Of a stretch of 64,000 bases of DNA, positions 9,464-19,123 are shown one piece after another. Source of the stretch: Candidatus Sumerlaeota bacterium (GTDB lineage: Bacteria; Bacillota; SLNR01); NCBI GenBank assembly GCA_007132905.1, contig SLNR01000020.1, forward strand, positions 5,859 through 69,858, given 5' to 3'. The notes below the pieces were generated by a model, which saw only the letters and a list, made by a program, of their open reading frames with translations, searched no databases and was not told where the DNA came from. How positions within the stretch are numbered: the first letter of the stretch is position 1; every line of letters starts with the position of its first letter. Both the position numbers and the translations under genes were made by a program.

Positions 9464-9490
9464 TTATCGACAGAGATGAGGAATCCTTTA
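9464..9490 (-). promoter_or_regulatory. putative sigmaD (sigma-28) type promoter of the chemoreceptor gene
   Basis: The minus strand reads TAAA-15 nt-GTCGATAA, against the Bacillus sigmaD consensus TAAA-N15-GCCGATAT. It lies about 75 nt upstream of the start codon. Confidence 0.45.
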
Positions 9491-9642
9491 ATAATAAGCA
9501 GGGCTCTTTGAGGGATCTGATAATGAAGATGAAAGGGAGTTTGATAATAAATTTCAGTAAAAGGGATAGAATAACAGCATCATGACAGGATGACGATGAG
9601 GCTTTGGCGAATCTTACGGTGGTTGTTGAGAGGTGATTTGAA

Positions 9643-11958
9643 TTGGCGAAAGAAGAAATGGCCCGTTCATTTTTTCATGCATTCAGCAGGATGGGCGACA
9701 AGTCCCGAAAAGAAAAAAGGTGCCAATATGCTGCAGAAGCAAAGAAGATCCTTTTCGAGTTGAAGAAAAGCGGTTATCTATGCCGTTTGGACTATCAACG
9801 CTGGGATGAATACTTAGAAATAATAAGCAGTGATGGAGAAAATGCTGATCACATCGCCAACTTAAAAAAAGAAGTAGCTTACTGGCAGTCCGATGATTTT
9901 GCAAGTTCGGTTGTCAAAGCGAAGGGGGTTGGAGTTTCCCGGGCCGGGCAATTATCTAAGCTGGGCATTGAGACCGTATATGATCTATTCACCCATTATC
10001 CTAAACGCTACGAGGATCGAAGTAAAATAAGACCTATGGATCAAGTAACAGCAGGTGAATATGTGACGGTCGCCGGAACGGTCAAAGCAGTGAAAGAGAA
10101 AAGGGTTCGTAAGAATCTTTTCATTTTGGAGGCAGAGATTTATGATGAGCAAGGATGGCTGAAAGCCGTCTGGTTTAATCAAATGCACATCAAAAAACAG
10201 CTTAAAACGGGAAAACGCATTTTCCTAAGTGGGAAGGTAAACAAAAACGCCAGGAAACTGCAAATACAAAACCCCGATTATGAACTCGAAGAGGCAGAGA
10301 GTTTCGTTCATACCGGTCAGATCGTACCTGTCTACCCGGCGACAGAAAAAGTAGAACAAAAACGTCTGCGGAGAATCATCAAAGACAATTTTGACATTTG
10401 GCTTGATCACTGGAAGGACCCGCTGCCCGCCGAGATACGAAAGAAGTATCAACTTATGGAAGTGCAGAAAGCGATGAAAAATATCCATTTTCCAGAAAGC
10501 AAAGATGACTATAAAGAGGCGCGCCGCAGACTAATTTTTGAGGAACTGCTAATTCTCCAACTAGGGGTAAATCAAAATCGTTATCTTGAAAATCACCAGA
10601 AATCCGGCAGGGCCCATCTAAAAAATTGTGAAAGGACACAAAAGCTTTTGGGTTCTCTTTCTTTTTCTTTGACTAAAGATCAGAAAAAAGCGTCAGAAGA
10701 GATATGGGCGGACATGGAAAGGCCGCGGCGAATGAACCGCCTTCTTCAAGGAGATGTTGGTTCCGGAAAAACGATTGTGGCGGTCTTGGCTTTAACTAAA
10801 ACGGTGGACAGCGGTTGTCAAGGGGTTTTTATGGCTCCAACGGAAGTGCTGGCAGAACAGCATTTTCACAAAACAAAGCCCTTGTTTGAAAAAGCTGGCA
10901 TTCGAAGCTTTCTGTTAACCGGCAGTTTAAGTGAAAAAGAAAAGCAGTGTATCTACGACAAGATAAAACAGAGAAAAGCGGATATTGTCATAGGAACACA
11001 TGCTTTGTTTCAGGAAAAAGTGTCCTTTGATGACCTGGGACTTGCTGTAATCGACGAGCAGCATCGCTTTGGGGTGCAGCAGCGAAATGCTCTTCGTGAC
11101 AAAGGGCTCAAAGCTGACATATTGGTTATGTCCGCTACTCCGATCCCTAGAACTTTGGCGATGACAGCGTATGGTGATCTAGACATCACTACGATAAAGC
11201 AAATGCCAGCAGGCAGAAAGCCTATAAAAACGTATAGTGTAACTTCGGATCTTAGGCCGAGAGTGCACGCATTTATAAGAAAAGTGGTACAGCAGGGACA
11301 GCAGGTGTATGTTGTCTGTCCCTTGATAGAAGGCTCAGATCATTTAAACGTTCAGGCGGCCAATGATTTGGCGGCGACACTCAAAGAGGACATTTTCCCG
11401 GACCTTGCTGTGGGCCTTCTGCACGGGAAGATGATTAATAAAGTAAAAGAAAAGACAATGCAGTCTTTCAATGAAGGGAGCATAGATATTTTGGTTGCGA
11501 CGACCGTGGTTGAAGTGGGGGTGGACGTGGCGAATGCTTCTTTAATTGTGATAGAAGGAGCAGAGAGGTTTGGATTGGCTCAGCTTCATCAGCTGCGGGG
11601 CAGAGTGGGGAGAGGGGAAAAGACTTCATATTGTGTTTTGATCAATGAAGGATCGTCCAATGAAGAGGCATCCGAACGCATGAAAATAATGTGTGCCACT
11701 CAAAATGGTTTTCTGCTGGCTGAAAAAGATCTTGTATTAAGAGGCCCGGGGGAGTATTTGGGAACGAAACAGCATGGGCTGCCGGATTTAAAATTGGCCG
11801 ATCTTTTAAAACATCAAAAGGTTTTGCAGATAGCTAGAAAAGAAGCGGTTGTCTTGTTGAAAAAAGATCCGGACCTGTCTTTTCCCGAGCATAGCCAACT
11901 AGCGCGAGAGGTAAACAGAAAAATGACTCCGGCCAATTTTTCCCCGTTATCTGTTTAA
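9643..11958 (+). CDS. recG: ATP-dependent DNA helicase RecG (start codon uncertain; apparent N-terminal extension)
   Basis: Wedge-region motif THYPKRYEDR, helicase motifs GDVGSGKT, DEQHRFG and SATPIPRT, and the C-terminal RGPGEYLGTKQHG. Confidence 0.9.
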   Translation: MAKEEMARSFFHAFSRMGDKSRKEKRCQYAAEAKKILFELKKSGYLCRLDYQRWDEYLEIISSDGENADHIANLKKEVAYWQSDDFASSVVKAKGVGVSRAGQLSKLGIETVYDLFTHYPKRYEDRSKIRPMDQVTAGEYVTVAGTVKAVKEKRVRKNLFILEAEIYDEQGWLKAVWFNQMHIKKQLKTGKRIFLSGKVNKNARKLQIQNPDYELEEAESFVHTGQIVPVYPATEKVEQKRLRRIIKDNFDIWLDHWKDPLPAEIRKKYQLMEVQKAMKNIHFPESKDDYKEARRRLIFEELLILQLGVNQNRYLENHQKSGRAHLKNCERTQKLLGSLSFSLTKDQKKASEEIWADMERPRRMNRLLQGDVGSGKTIVAVLALTKTVDSGCQGVFMAPTEVLAEQHFHKTKPLFEKAGIRSFLLTGSLSEKEKQCIYDKIKQRKADIVIGTHALFQEKVSFDDLGLAVIDEQHRFGVQQRNALRDKGLKADILVMSATPIPRTLAMTAYGDLDITTIKQMPAGRKPIKTYSVTSDLRPRVHAFIRKVVQQGQQVYVVCPLIEGSDHLNVQAANDLAATLKEDIFPDLAVGLLHGKMINKVKEKTMQSFNEGSIDILVATTVVEVGVDVANASLIVIEGAERFGLAQLHQLRGRVGRGEKTSYCVLINEGSSNEEASERMKIMCATQNGFLLAEKDLVLRGPGEYLGTKQHGLPDLKLADLLKHQKVLQIARKEAVVLLKKDPDLSFPEHSQLAREVNRKMTPANFSPLSV

Positions 11959-12042
11959 GATATAAGTTTTGTCAGAATAGGAAATGAGAATAAATATATG
12001 CTATAATAAATTGACTTCATTTTCCAAAAAAGAGGTGTCGGT

Positions 12043-12612
12043 ATGCGTGTCGTTGCCGGAAAGGCAAAGGGAAGAAGACTAAAGTCGTTAAAAGGGGAAA
12101 ACACTCGACCGACGTCAGACAAGGTCAAAGAGTCGCTATTTTCGATCCTGGGCGGTCTGGTGATGAACGCAAAAATTCTAGACCTTTTTGCAGGTACGGG
12201 AAGTCTGGGCATTGAAGCATTAAGCAGAGGTGCAGAGTATGCGGTATTTATTGATAACGACAGAAATTCTGTGCGCGTTATTAATGAAAATCTCAAGCAA
12301 TGTGGTTTTTTTGAGCAAGCTCTTGTTATCAAGAAAGATGTATGTAGTGCTCTTGTAAGATTGTCTGTTGAAGAAAGGGGTTTTGATCTGGTATTTTTGG
12401 ATCCTCCCTACGATACCGACTGGGCTGAGCCTGTATTAGATTTGGTTGTCGAACATCATTTGTTGGCAGAAGAAGCGCTGGTCATTGTCGAATCGGGGAA
12501 AGAAAACGAAATAAACCCTGAAACACCGCACCTTACCAAACGAAGGGAAGCAGTTTATGGAAATTCTAAATTGACTTTTTTTGACATTAAGCCGGAAGGC
12601 GAGGGGGATTAA
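12043..12612 (+). CDS. rsmD: 16S rRNA (guanine966-N2)-methyltransferase
   Basis: 189 aa. MRVVAGKAKGRRLK...RPTSDKVKESLFSIL...LDLFAGTGSLGIEALSRGA...DPPY is the RsmD signature. Confidence 0.85.
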   Translation: MRVVAGKAKGRRLKSLKGENTRPTSDKVKESLFSILGGLVMNAKILDLFAGTGSLGIEALSRGAEYAVFIDNDRNSVRVINENLKQCGFFEQALVIKKDVCSALVRLSVEERGFDLVFLDPPYDTDWAEPVLDLVVEHHLLAEEALVIVESGKENEINPETPHLTKRREAVYGNSKLTFFDIKPEGEGD

Positions 12613-12613
12613 T

Positions 12614-13114
12614 TTGAAGATAGCTGTCTATCCGGGGAGTTTTGACCCGATCACAAACGGCCATTTGGATATTGTTGAGCGATCATCGGAGATGTTTGAC
12701 ACTATTATCATAGCTGTTTTTGCCAATCCTCGAAAAGAACCATTGCTGACTGTTGAAGAAAGGTTGGATTTGATTCGGGAAGTAACGCGCCATCTTCCCA
12801 ATGTGCAGGTAGATTCTTTTGAAGGTCTGTTAAGCGATTATGCACGGCAAAGAAGTGCCAAAGTAATCATCCGTGGATTGCGGGCTGTGTCTGATTTTGA
12901 GTACGAGTTCCAGATGTCTTTGATGAATAAAAAGCTTAATCCGAATGTTGAAACGATTTTTATGACATCAAGCAGCAAGAACATATACGTAAGTTCAACA
13001 ATTATCAAGGAAGTAAGTGCTCTCGGCGGGGCTGTCAGCGGCCTTGTTCCCAGAGCAGTAGAAAATCGCCTTGTTGAAAAATTCTACCATAGGAAAGACG
13101 GGGATAACGAGTAG
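12614..13114 (+). CDS. coaD: phosphopantetheine adenylyltransferase
   Basis: A TTG start gives (M)KIAVYPGSFDPITNGHLDI, the canonical CoaD N-terminus. The track start at 12581 would overlap rsmD. Confidence 0.9.
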   Translation: MKIAVYPGSFDPITNGHLDIVERSSEMFDTIIIAVFANPRKEPLLTVEERLDLIREVTRHLPNVQVDSFEGLLSDYARQRSAKVIIRGLRAVSDFEYEFQMSLMNKKLNPNVETIFMTSSSKNIYVSSTIIKEVSALGGAVSGLVPRAVENRLVEKFYHRKDGDNE

Positions 13115-13142
13115 ACAAATTAATACTACGGGAGGGTAAAGC

Positions 13143-13592
13143 ATGGAAATTCTTGGGATTATTGAACAAATCGAAACTTTAATTTCAAATGGCACCCGAG
13201 TTCCACTTACGGACAAAGTTGTCATTAGCGAAAACGAGCTCCTACAGTTGCTGGATGAACTTCATTCTGTTCTTCCGGATGAACTTGAGCAGGCAAACTG
13301 GATTGTGCGCGAAAGAGATAAAGTGATCAAAGATGCTGAAAAAGAAGCAGAGAAACTTAAGGAAGAAGCCAAAGCACATGTTGAAAAAATGGTGGATGAA
13401 GATGAAATAACCCGTCTTGCGAACGAACAGGCAGACGAAATTGTTGCCCAGGCCAAACGAGTTGCCAAGGAAATCCGGCAGGGAGCGAATGAATATGCCG
13501 ATGGATTGTTACTCAAATCCCAAGAACAGATGGAAGCCGTTACAGAAGCATTGAAAAATGCAAGACGCGAAATTGAATCAAAACAACAGTGA
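13143..13592 (+). CDS. conserved coiled-coil protein of unknown function (sometimes annotated ATPase subunit b/H-like)
   Basis: 149 aa. It is Lys/Glu/Ala-rich with heptad character, has a GGAGGG-type RBS upstream, and sits after coaD. Confidence 0.5.
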   Translation: MEILGIIEQIETLISNGTRVPLTDKVVISENELLQLLDELHSVLPDELEQANWIVRERDKVIKDAEKEAEKLKEEAKAHVEKMVDEDEITRLANEQADEIVAQAKRVAKEIRQGANEYADGLLLKSQEQMEAVTEALKNARREIESKQQ

Positions 13593-13624
13593 GGGACTAA
13601 AAATAAACACAGTTAACAAGCTTT

Positions 13625-13658
13625 AAAACCCGAGCTGTCAAGGTGACTGCTCGGGTTT
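13625..13658. terminator. bidirectional terminator between convergent genes
   Basis: AAAACCCGAGC...GCTCGGGTTT is a 10-11 bp stem with A and T flanks. Confidence 0.6.
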
Positions 13659-13739
13659 GGTGTTGGATGCAAACTTTCGTAAGGTTTATGCTTGTAGATT
13701 GAATGGAGGATTTGAGTGACCAAAGCAAGAAAAAAAAGG

Positions 13740-15050
13740 TTAATGAGTGATGATTTTGTGTGTATAATCCTGTCCGCCGGTTCTTTGTTGGGGGTTTAAA
13801 AAACCGAGAACATAGAGGTCGGTGGTTAGGATATCGAGTCCTAACATCTGGATTGTTTCGGATGAAACGGTTTCATTTGCTGAAGGTTTCATAAAAGGAG
13901 CCGGCCTTTGGATGATGGGAATGGCAGCCGATTCATTGACGGTTTGCAGCAGGCGCCTTCCCCTTTTTGAAAAGCCTAGGACACGAAGGTACGGGGGTGT
14001 TTTAAGGTTTTCGAAGATTTCGGCTGCTTCCTTTCTAAAATCGGCCAGAACATGAAAAAGAATCCTCTGGAGGGTCGTACGGGGAAATCGCTTTGTTTTT
14101 GTTTTATCCAATAGATCTTCAAGGGACACAGCTTGTCGGGCCGAGTTTTTCAATCTATTTTCAAGGCCTTCTCGGATATCAACAATGGAAGCGATTTCGG
14201 TCGGTGATAGACGCCTGAGCTGAGACAAAATCATGCTGGCAAAGTTTTCTTTAAAAACCGGACCTCGCCCTTTCGCTATGGCGTCGGACATGATCTCATA
14301 GCTCTTTTTTGGCATAACGGATTCAATCTGCTGAAGATTTCCTTCTGTTTGCGAATCGTTATGAGTTTTTTCTAAGTGATGGCGGATGGCGGTGGCGCTG
14401 GCGATTTTCTCTTTAGAGAATGTTTCTTCGTGATAATGAGGGCCGATCCGCGGAATGGCAATGGGCTTGATACGGCTTTTTTTTCTGATCAGCGCCTTTA
14501 AATACTCGATCCCAAGGATGTTATTTGGTTCGGAGATGCAGGAGCGAAACTTGTCAAGACTTAGATTTCCGCCAGTTTTTTCTCCAGCCGAGGTTTTCAG
14601 ATACTCAAGAAGTGCTTCTTGCCGGGCAGATGGAAAGGGCAGTCCTTTTGCGGACGCTTCTTTAAACAAATCCTGAAACAAGGGCGGTTCTTCTGCCAGG
14701 ATTTTGCTTATGGGCTTAAGTACATCGAGATCGGCTGTTTCGCTCCCAAAGCAGATGTGAGTGACAATACCGGTAGCCGAGAGCAGGTCGACGGCTCCTG
14801 TCGCAAAATATTCAGCGCTGCGGCCGGAAAAAGCATAGGGAAGTTCAAAAACCAGATCAGCACCACCTGACACAGCCATGGCAGCTCTTGTCCACTTATC
14901 AAGAAGAGCAGGCTCTCCTCTCTGCAGGAAATGACCGCTCATTACACACACAGCATAATCGGCTTTTGAAAGGCGAACCGATTCTTGAAGATGGTGAAGA
15001 TGTCCGTTATGGAAAGGATTATATTCAACGATAAGACCGGCAACTCGCAT
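13740..15050 (-). CDS. tmcAL: tRNA(Met) cytidine acetate ligase (YlbM/TmcAL family nucleotidyltransferase)
   Basis: 436 aa. The N-terminus GLIVEYNPFHNGHLHH is an HxGH nucleotidyltransferase motif. Length and pattern match the YlbM family. Confidence 0.8.
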   Translation of the reverse strand: MRVAGLIVEYNPFHNGHLHHLQESVRLSKADYAVCVMSGHFLQRGEPALLDKWTRAAMAVSGGADLVFELPYAFSGRSAEYFATGAVDLLSATGIVTHICFGSETADLDVLKPISKILAEEPPLFQDLFKEASAKGLPFPSARQEALLEYLKTSAGEKTGGNLSLDKFRSCISEPNNILGIEYLKALIRKKSRIKPIAIPRIGPHYHEETFSKEKIASATAIRHHLEKTHNDSQTEGNLQQIESVMPKKSYEIMSDAIAKGRGPVFKENFASMILSQLRRLSPTEIASIVDIREGLENRLKNSARQAVSLEDLLDKTKTKRFPRTTLQRILFHVLADFRKEAAEIFENLKTPPYLRVLGFSKRGRRLLQTVNESAAIPIIQRPAPFMKPSANETVSSETIQMLGLDILTTDLYVLGFLNPQQRTGGQDYTHKIITH

Positions 15051-15165
15051 ACAAAATACCCCCTAATAAATTGCTTTATTCCTTCTTCTATTCTGCAGGA
15101 TAATTACCTTGTAAGAATGAAGTTATACATATAGTTATTTTCTTCTAAATATTTTGATTTTTTAG

Positions 15166-15194
15166 TTGAATTTGCGGATTCGATCATGTATAAT
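15166..15194 (+). promoter_or_regulatory. near-consensus sigmaA promoter upstream of nfeD
   Basis: TTGAAT-17 nt-TATAAT with a TG extension (TGTATAAT), about 120 nt upstream of the nfeD ATG. Confidence 0.5.
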
Positions 15195-15313
15195 GGTCTG
15201 AAGCAGATTACAATAATGAAATAATTACAATATGCATTTTGTTCTGGTCTTTTTGAAGGTTTTGATATACAGTTAAAGTCCGGGTGAGAGGTTTTGCGAA
15301 GGGAGAGATTGAT

Positions 15314-16678
15314 ATGAAACGTGCATTGAAAGTTATGACGGCAACTGTGCTTTTCGCCATGTTGTTTGCGGCAACTTTGGCCGTTTTTTCAGAGCCGGTT
15401 TATACTCAGGAAAACGCAGTACCCGAGGTTCGGGTGTTGCGCATTGAGGGCATCATAACGAAAGGGACCACTCAGTTTTTGAAAACTTCCATTGATAATG
15501 CCCATGCGGATGGGATCGATGTGCTTGTTTTTGAATTAGATACGCCGGGAGGCCTAGTCGATGCCACGCTGGAAATCATGGCGGATATTCTAAATTCTCC
15601 TATCCCCATTGTTACTTATGTTGCGCCCAGGGGAGCGATTGCCGCCTCGGCGGGCACCTATATTTTGCTTTCCGGACATATTGCAGCCATGGGGCCGAGC
15701 ACAACGATTGGGGCCGCTATGCCGGTAATGCAGGATCCGACAACGGGAGAAAGAAATCCGGCGGACCAAAAAACGATCAATCTCTTAGCCAGCCACTTAC
15801 GAAGCATTGCACGAGAGAGAAACCGCCCTGTGGATATTGCCGAGAAATTTGTAACAGAGAACTTAACCCTTGATGATGTGGAGGCCATGGAAGTAGGCAT
15901 CATTGACGAAGGCGCCCAGGATCTTCCCGAGCTTTTGGAAAAACTGCACGGCAGAACCATTTTGTTAATGGGGCAGGAAAGGACTCTCAATACAGCAAAT
16001 GCCAATATTTCTCCTTTGGAGATGACGCAACAGCAGCGTTTGGTGAATCTTCTCAGCAATCCTGAAATTGCTTTTCTGCTCTTCATGATCGGATTTTACG
16101 GGTTGTTTTTGGGATTAAATATGCCTGGTACTTTTATTCCGGAAACAGTAGGTGCGATTGCACTGATTCTAGCCCTGTTTGGGTTAGGAATGTTCGAAGT
16201 GAATACGACCGGTATTGTTTTAATGCTCTTGGCTGTGGGATTTTTTATCGCCGAGGTATTTACGCCTACTTTTGGTATTTTCACTTTGGCAGGTGTGGTT
16301 TCCATGGTCATTGGAGCGCTGCTCCTTCCTTTTGAACCCCTTCTCCCCGCCGAGTGGTTTGTGACTTTTCGCCGGACGGTTTTGGGGATGGCGGTTGTTA
16401 CGGGTGGATTCTTGACTTTGGTTGTAACGAAAGTGGTCGCTATGAGGAAAGTTCCAGCCGCCCAAAGCAAACAAGGGATGCTCGGTTATGTGGGGAAGGT
16501 GACAGAATCCCTTGCTCCGGAAGGATCAGTGAAAATTCGCGGCGAGGGTTGGAGGGCTAAGAGCTATTCGGGTGAAACGATTGAAGAAGGGGCGACCGTC
16601 GAAGTGGTCGATACCAAAGGCATGTTGCTTCTAGTTGAAGAAAGCGACAAAAAAGCTAACAACAATTTGAAGCAATGA
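15314..16678 (+). CDS. NfeD-family membrane-bound ClpP-class serine protease (long form)
   Basis: Signal/TM segment, then a ClpP-like domain (ELDTPGGLVDAT, AASAGTYILL), several TM helices and a C-terminal OB-fold (GSVKIRGEGWRAKS). An RBS precedes ATG 15314. Confidence 0.85.
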   Translation: MKRALKVMTATVLFAMLFAATLAVFSEPVYTQENAVPEVRVLRIEGIITKGTTQFLKTSIDNAHADGIDVLVFELDTPGGLVDATLEIMADILNSPIPIVTYVAPRGAIAASAGTYILLSGHIAAMGPSTTIGAAMPVMQDPTTGERNPADQKTINLLASHLRSIARERNRPVDIAEKFVTENLTLDDVEAMEVGIIDEGAQDLPELLEKLHGRTILLMGQERTLNTANANISPLEMTQQQRLVNLLSNPEIAFLLFMIGFYGLFLGLNMPGTFIPETVGAIALILALFGLGMFEVNTTGIVLMLLAVGFFIAEVFTPTFGIFTLAGVVSMVIGALLLPFEPLLPAEWFVTFRRTVLGMAVVTGGFLTLVVTKVVAMRKVPAAQSKQGMLGYVGKVTESLAPEGSVKIRGEGWRAKSYSGETIEEGATVEVVDTKGMLLLVEESDKKANNNLKQ

Positions 16679-16749
16679 AGTTTTCAAAAACACTCTGCAA
16701 GACCGTGACAATAAACAGCAATCAACAAGCAGAAGGGAGATGTTGATGG

Positions 16750-17691
16750 ATGTTGGATCTGGTTTTGGAACAAGCAAGTTTGATTGGCGGTACTATCGTA
16801 GTAGTGTTCCTCATCATGTCGGCAGTTCGTATCGTTAAAGAATATGAAAGAATAGTCGTTTTTCGACTAGGAAGAATGATTGGTGAAAAAGGTCCCGGGT
16901 TTGTTTTGATCATACCTATTGTGGATAGGGTGGTCAGGGTTTCTTTAAGGACTGTTACCTACGATGTAGCCACACAAGAGGTAATTACTCGAGATAATGT
17001 GACTACGAAAGTAAACGCAGTCCTTTATTACCGGGTGATCGACCCGACTAAGGCGATCATCAATATTCAGGATTTTCACCAGGCAACTGCCCAGCTTGCC
17101 CAAACAACTCTGCGAAGCGTGGTGGGCACAGCGGATCTTGATGAACTGCTTTCAGAAAGAGAAAAACTCAACAAAGACTTACAGCGGATTATGGATGACT
17201 CCTCGGATCCATGGGGCGTGAAAGTAGCCATGGTCGAAATCAAAGATGTGGTCATCCCTCCGGATATGCAACGTGTCATTTCTCGTCAAGCAGAAGCCGA
17301 GAGAAATCGCCGTTCCATTATTATCCAGTCTGACGGTGAGAAAGAAGCGGCGAAAAAGCTTTCGCAGGCAGCCCAGATACTTGCTACAAGTCCGGGAGCG
17401 ATGGCTCTTAGGGCCATGCGCACTGCAGCAGAGGTGGCTGCGGAGAAAAGCAATACCTTGATATTCCCCCTCCCCATGGAATTGTCCAAGATCCTGACTG
17501 ATTCAAGTATGATGTCTATGGAAAAATGGAGCGAGTCTATGACCAAGCAGCAGGAAGAAACCGATAGAGAAGCAGAAGAAGAAAATGAAAAAGGCATTCC
17601 TTCAATTGAAGAAGAGTTTAAAGATGTCAAGTTTGAAGAGACTGATGAGCAAGAGGAAGAAGAAGAGAAAGACGAAGAAGATAAAAAATAG
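16750..17691 (+). CDS. SPFH/band-7 stomatin-like protein
   Basis: An N-terminal TM is followed by VKEYERIVVFRLGR...TRDNV...YYRV, the stomatin core. It forms the classic pair with the upstream nfeD. The tail is acidic. Confidence 0.9.
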   Translation: MLDLVLEQASLIGGTIVVVFLIMSAVRIVKEYERIVVFRLGRMIGEKGPGFVLIIPIVDRVVRVSLRTVTYDVATQEVITRDNVTTKVNAVLYYRVIDPTKAIINIQDFHQATAQLAQTTLRSVVGTADLDELLSEREKLNKDLQRIMDDSSDPWGVKVAMVEIKDVVIPPDMQRVISRQAEAERNRRSIIIQSDGEKEAAKKLSQAAQILATSPGAMALRAMRTAAEVAAEKSNTLIFPLPMELSKILTDSSMMSMEKWSESMTKQQEETDREAEEENEKGIPSIEEEFKDVKFEETDEQEEEEEKDEEDKK

Positions 17692-17805
17692 TAAAATTTG
17701 AAGATGGACACAAGCACGGTTTTGGCTGACTTGTTTGGGACAACATAGATCTTTTCTGCCCGACTGAAACCCTTATCAGGGTATCGGTCGGGCTGTCCCT
17801 TATTG

Positions 17806-17835
17806 TTGACATGCCTATGTAAAGTATGTTAGTAT
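17806..17835 (+). promoter_or_regulatory. putative sigmaA promoter of ackA
   Basis: TTGACA-18 nt-TAGTAT with a TG extension, about 85 nt upstream of ackA. Confidence 0.4.
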
Positions 17836-17917
17836 TACAGCGGTATTTGCTCGGGTCGATCTGCTAAATCTTGAACTGGTATGGATAAAAGAAAACAATA
17901 TATGGAGGCGTCGGTGA

Positions 17918-19114
17918 ATGAAGATCCTAGTTGTTAATTGTGGTAGTTCTTCACTTAAGTACCAGTTGTTTGATATGAAAGATGAGAAGGTTGTCGCAAA
18001 GGGGCAGATCGAGCGTATTGGCGATGATTCTTTAATGAAGCACGAGACGGATTCTTATCAGCAGGCTAAAGTGTCAGTTAATGTATCCGATCATATGGAA
18101 GCCATTCAAACAGTTATGGATGAACTTACGGATCCAAAAAGAGGGGTCATTTCTTCTGCGGCTGAAATACGTGCGGTAGGGCACAGGGTGGTTCACGGAG
18201 GCGAGAAAGTGGCCGGCTCGGTTAGCATTACCGACGAGGTACTTGCAATCCTGGAAGAATGTATTGAATTGGCCCCGCTGCATAATCCCGCCAACATCAC
18301 CGGCATCAAAGCGTGTCAAAAGTTGATGCCCGATACTCCTCAGGTAGGTGTTTTTGACACGGCGTTTCACCAGACGATGCATAAAAAAGCTTATCTGTAT
18401 GCAATTCCTTATGAATATTATGAGAAGTATCATGTGAGGCGGTATGGTTTTCACGGGACATCCCACAAATTTGTTGCCCAAAGAGCGGCCCGACTCCTAA
18501 AAAAAGAGGATAAGCACAAAATTATCACTTGTCATCTGGGCAACGGATCAAGCGTTACGGCCGTTCGTGACGGAAATTCTGTGGATACGAGTCTGGGCTT
18601 TGGGACATTGGCCGGGCTTCCCATGGGAACAAGATGTGGCGATTTGGATCCGGCGGTTATTCCTTATTTAATGGATAAAGAGGATTTGACCATTGATCAG
18701 ATTAGCAATATTCTATACAAAAAAAGTGGATTGTTGGGACTGTCGGGGGTGAGCAATGACTTGCGCGACATTCAAGCCGAGAAGAAGGCAGGGAACAAAA
18801 GAGCAGAAGTGGCTATTGAAGTGTTCGCTTATGCAGTCCAAAAATACATTGGTACTTACGCCGCGGCCATGGGAGGCGTCGATGCGGTTGTATTTACCGC
18901 GGGAATTGGCGAAAATGCCGTCGAGGTGAGGAAGATGATATGTAAAGATCTAGGTTTTCTAGGGGCTTTTCTCGATGAAGAGAAGAATCAACTTCAAGGC
19001 GAAGAAGCTGATATAAGCCTAGAAAAATCGAAAGTGAAGCTTTTTGTGATTCCCACTAATGAAGAATTAATGATTGCCCGGGAAACAAAAGAAATTGGTT
19101 TAGGTACTCAATGA
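17918..19114 (+). CDS. ackA: acetate kinase
   Basis: MKILVVNCGSSSLKYQLF, GHRVVHGG and RYGFHGTSH are canonical AckA motifs. Confidence 0.95.
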   Translation: MKILVVNCGSSSLKYQLFDMKDEKVVAKGQIERIGDDSLMKHETDSYQQAKVSVNVSDHMEAIQTVMDELTDPKRGVISSAAEIRAVGHRVVHGGEKVAGSVSITDEVLAILEECIELAPLHNPANITGIKACQKLMPDTPQVGVFDTAFHQTMHKKAYLYAIPYEYYEKYHVRRYGFHGTSHKFVAQRAARLLKKEDKHKIITCHLGNGSSVTAVRDGNSVDTSLGFGTLAGLPMGTRCGDLDPAVIPYLMDKEDLTIDQISNILYKKSGLLGLSGVSNDLRDIQAEKKAGNKRAEVAIEVFAYAVQKYIGTYAAAMGGVDAVVFTAGIGENAVEVRKMICKDLGFLGAFLDEEKNQLQGEEADISLEKSKVKLFVIPTNEELMIARETKEIGLGTQ

Positions 19115-19123
19115 GGTGATCAC

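Noticed and set aside
17286-17717. 143-aa Ser-rich minus-strand ORF
   Set aside because: It is antisense to the GAA/GAG-rich acidic tail of the stomatin gene. This is a typical mirror-image artefact.
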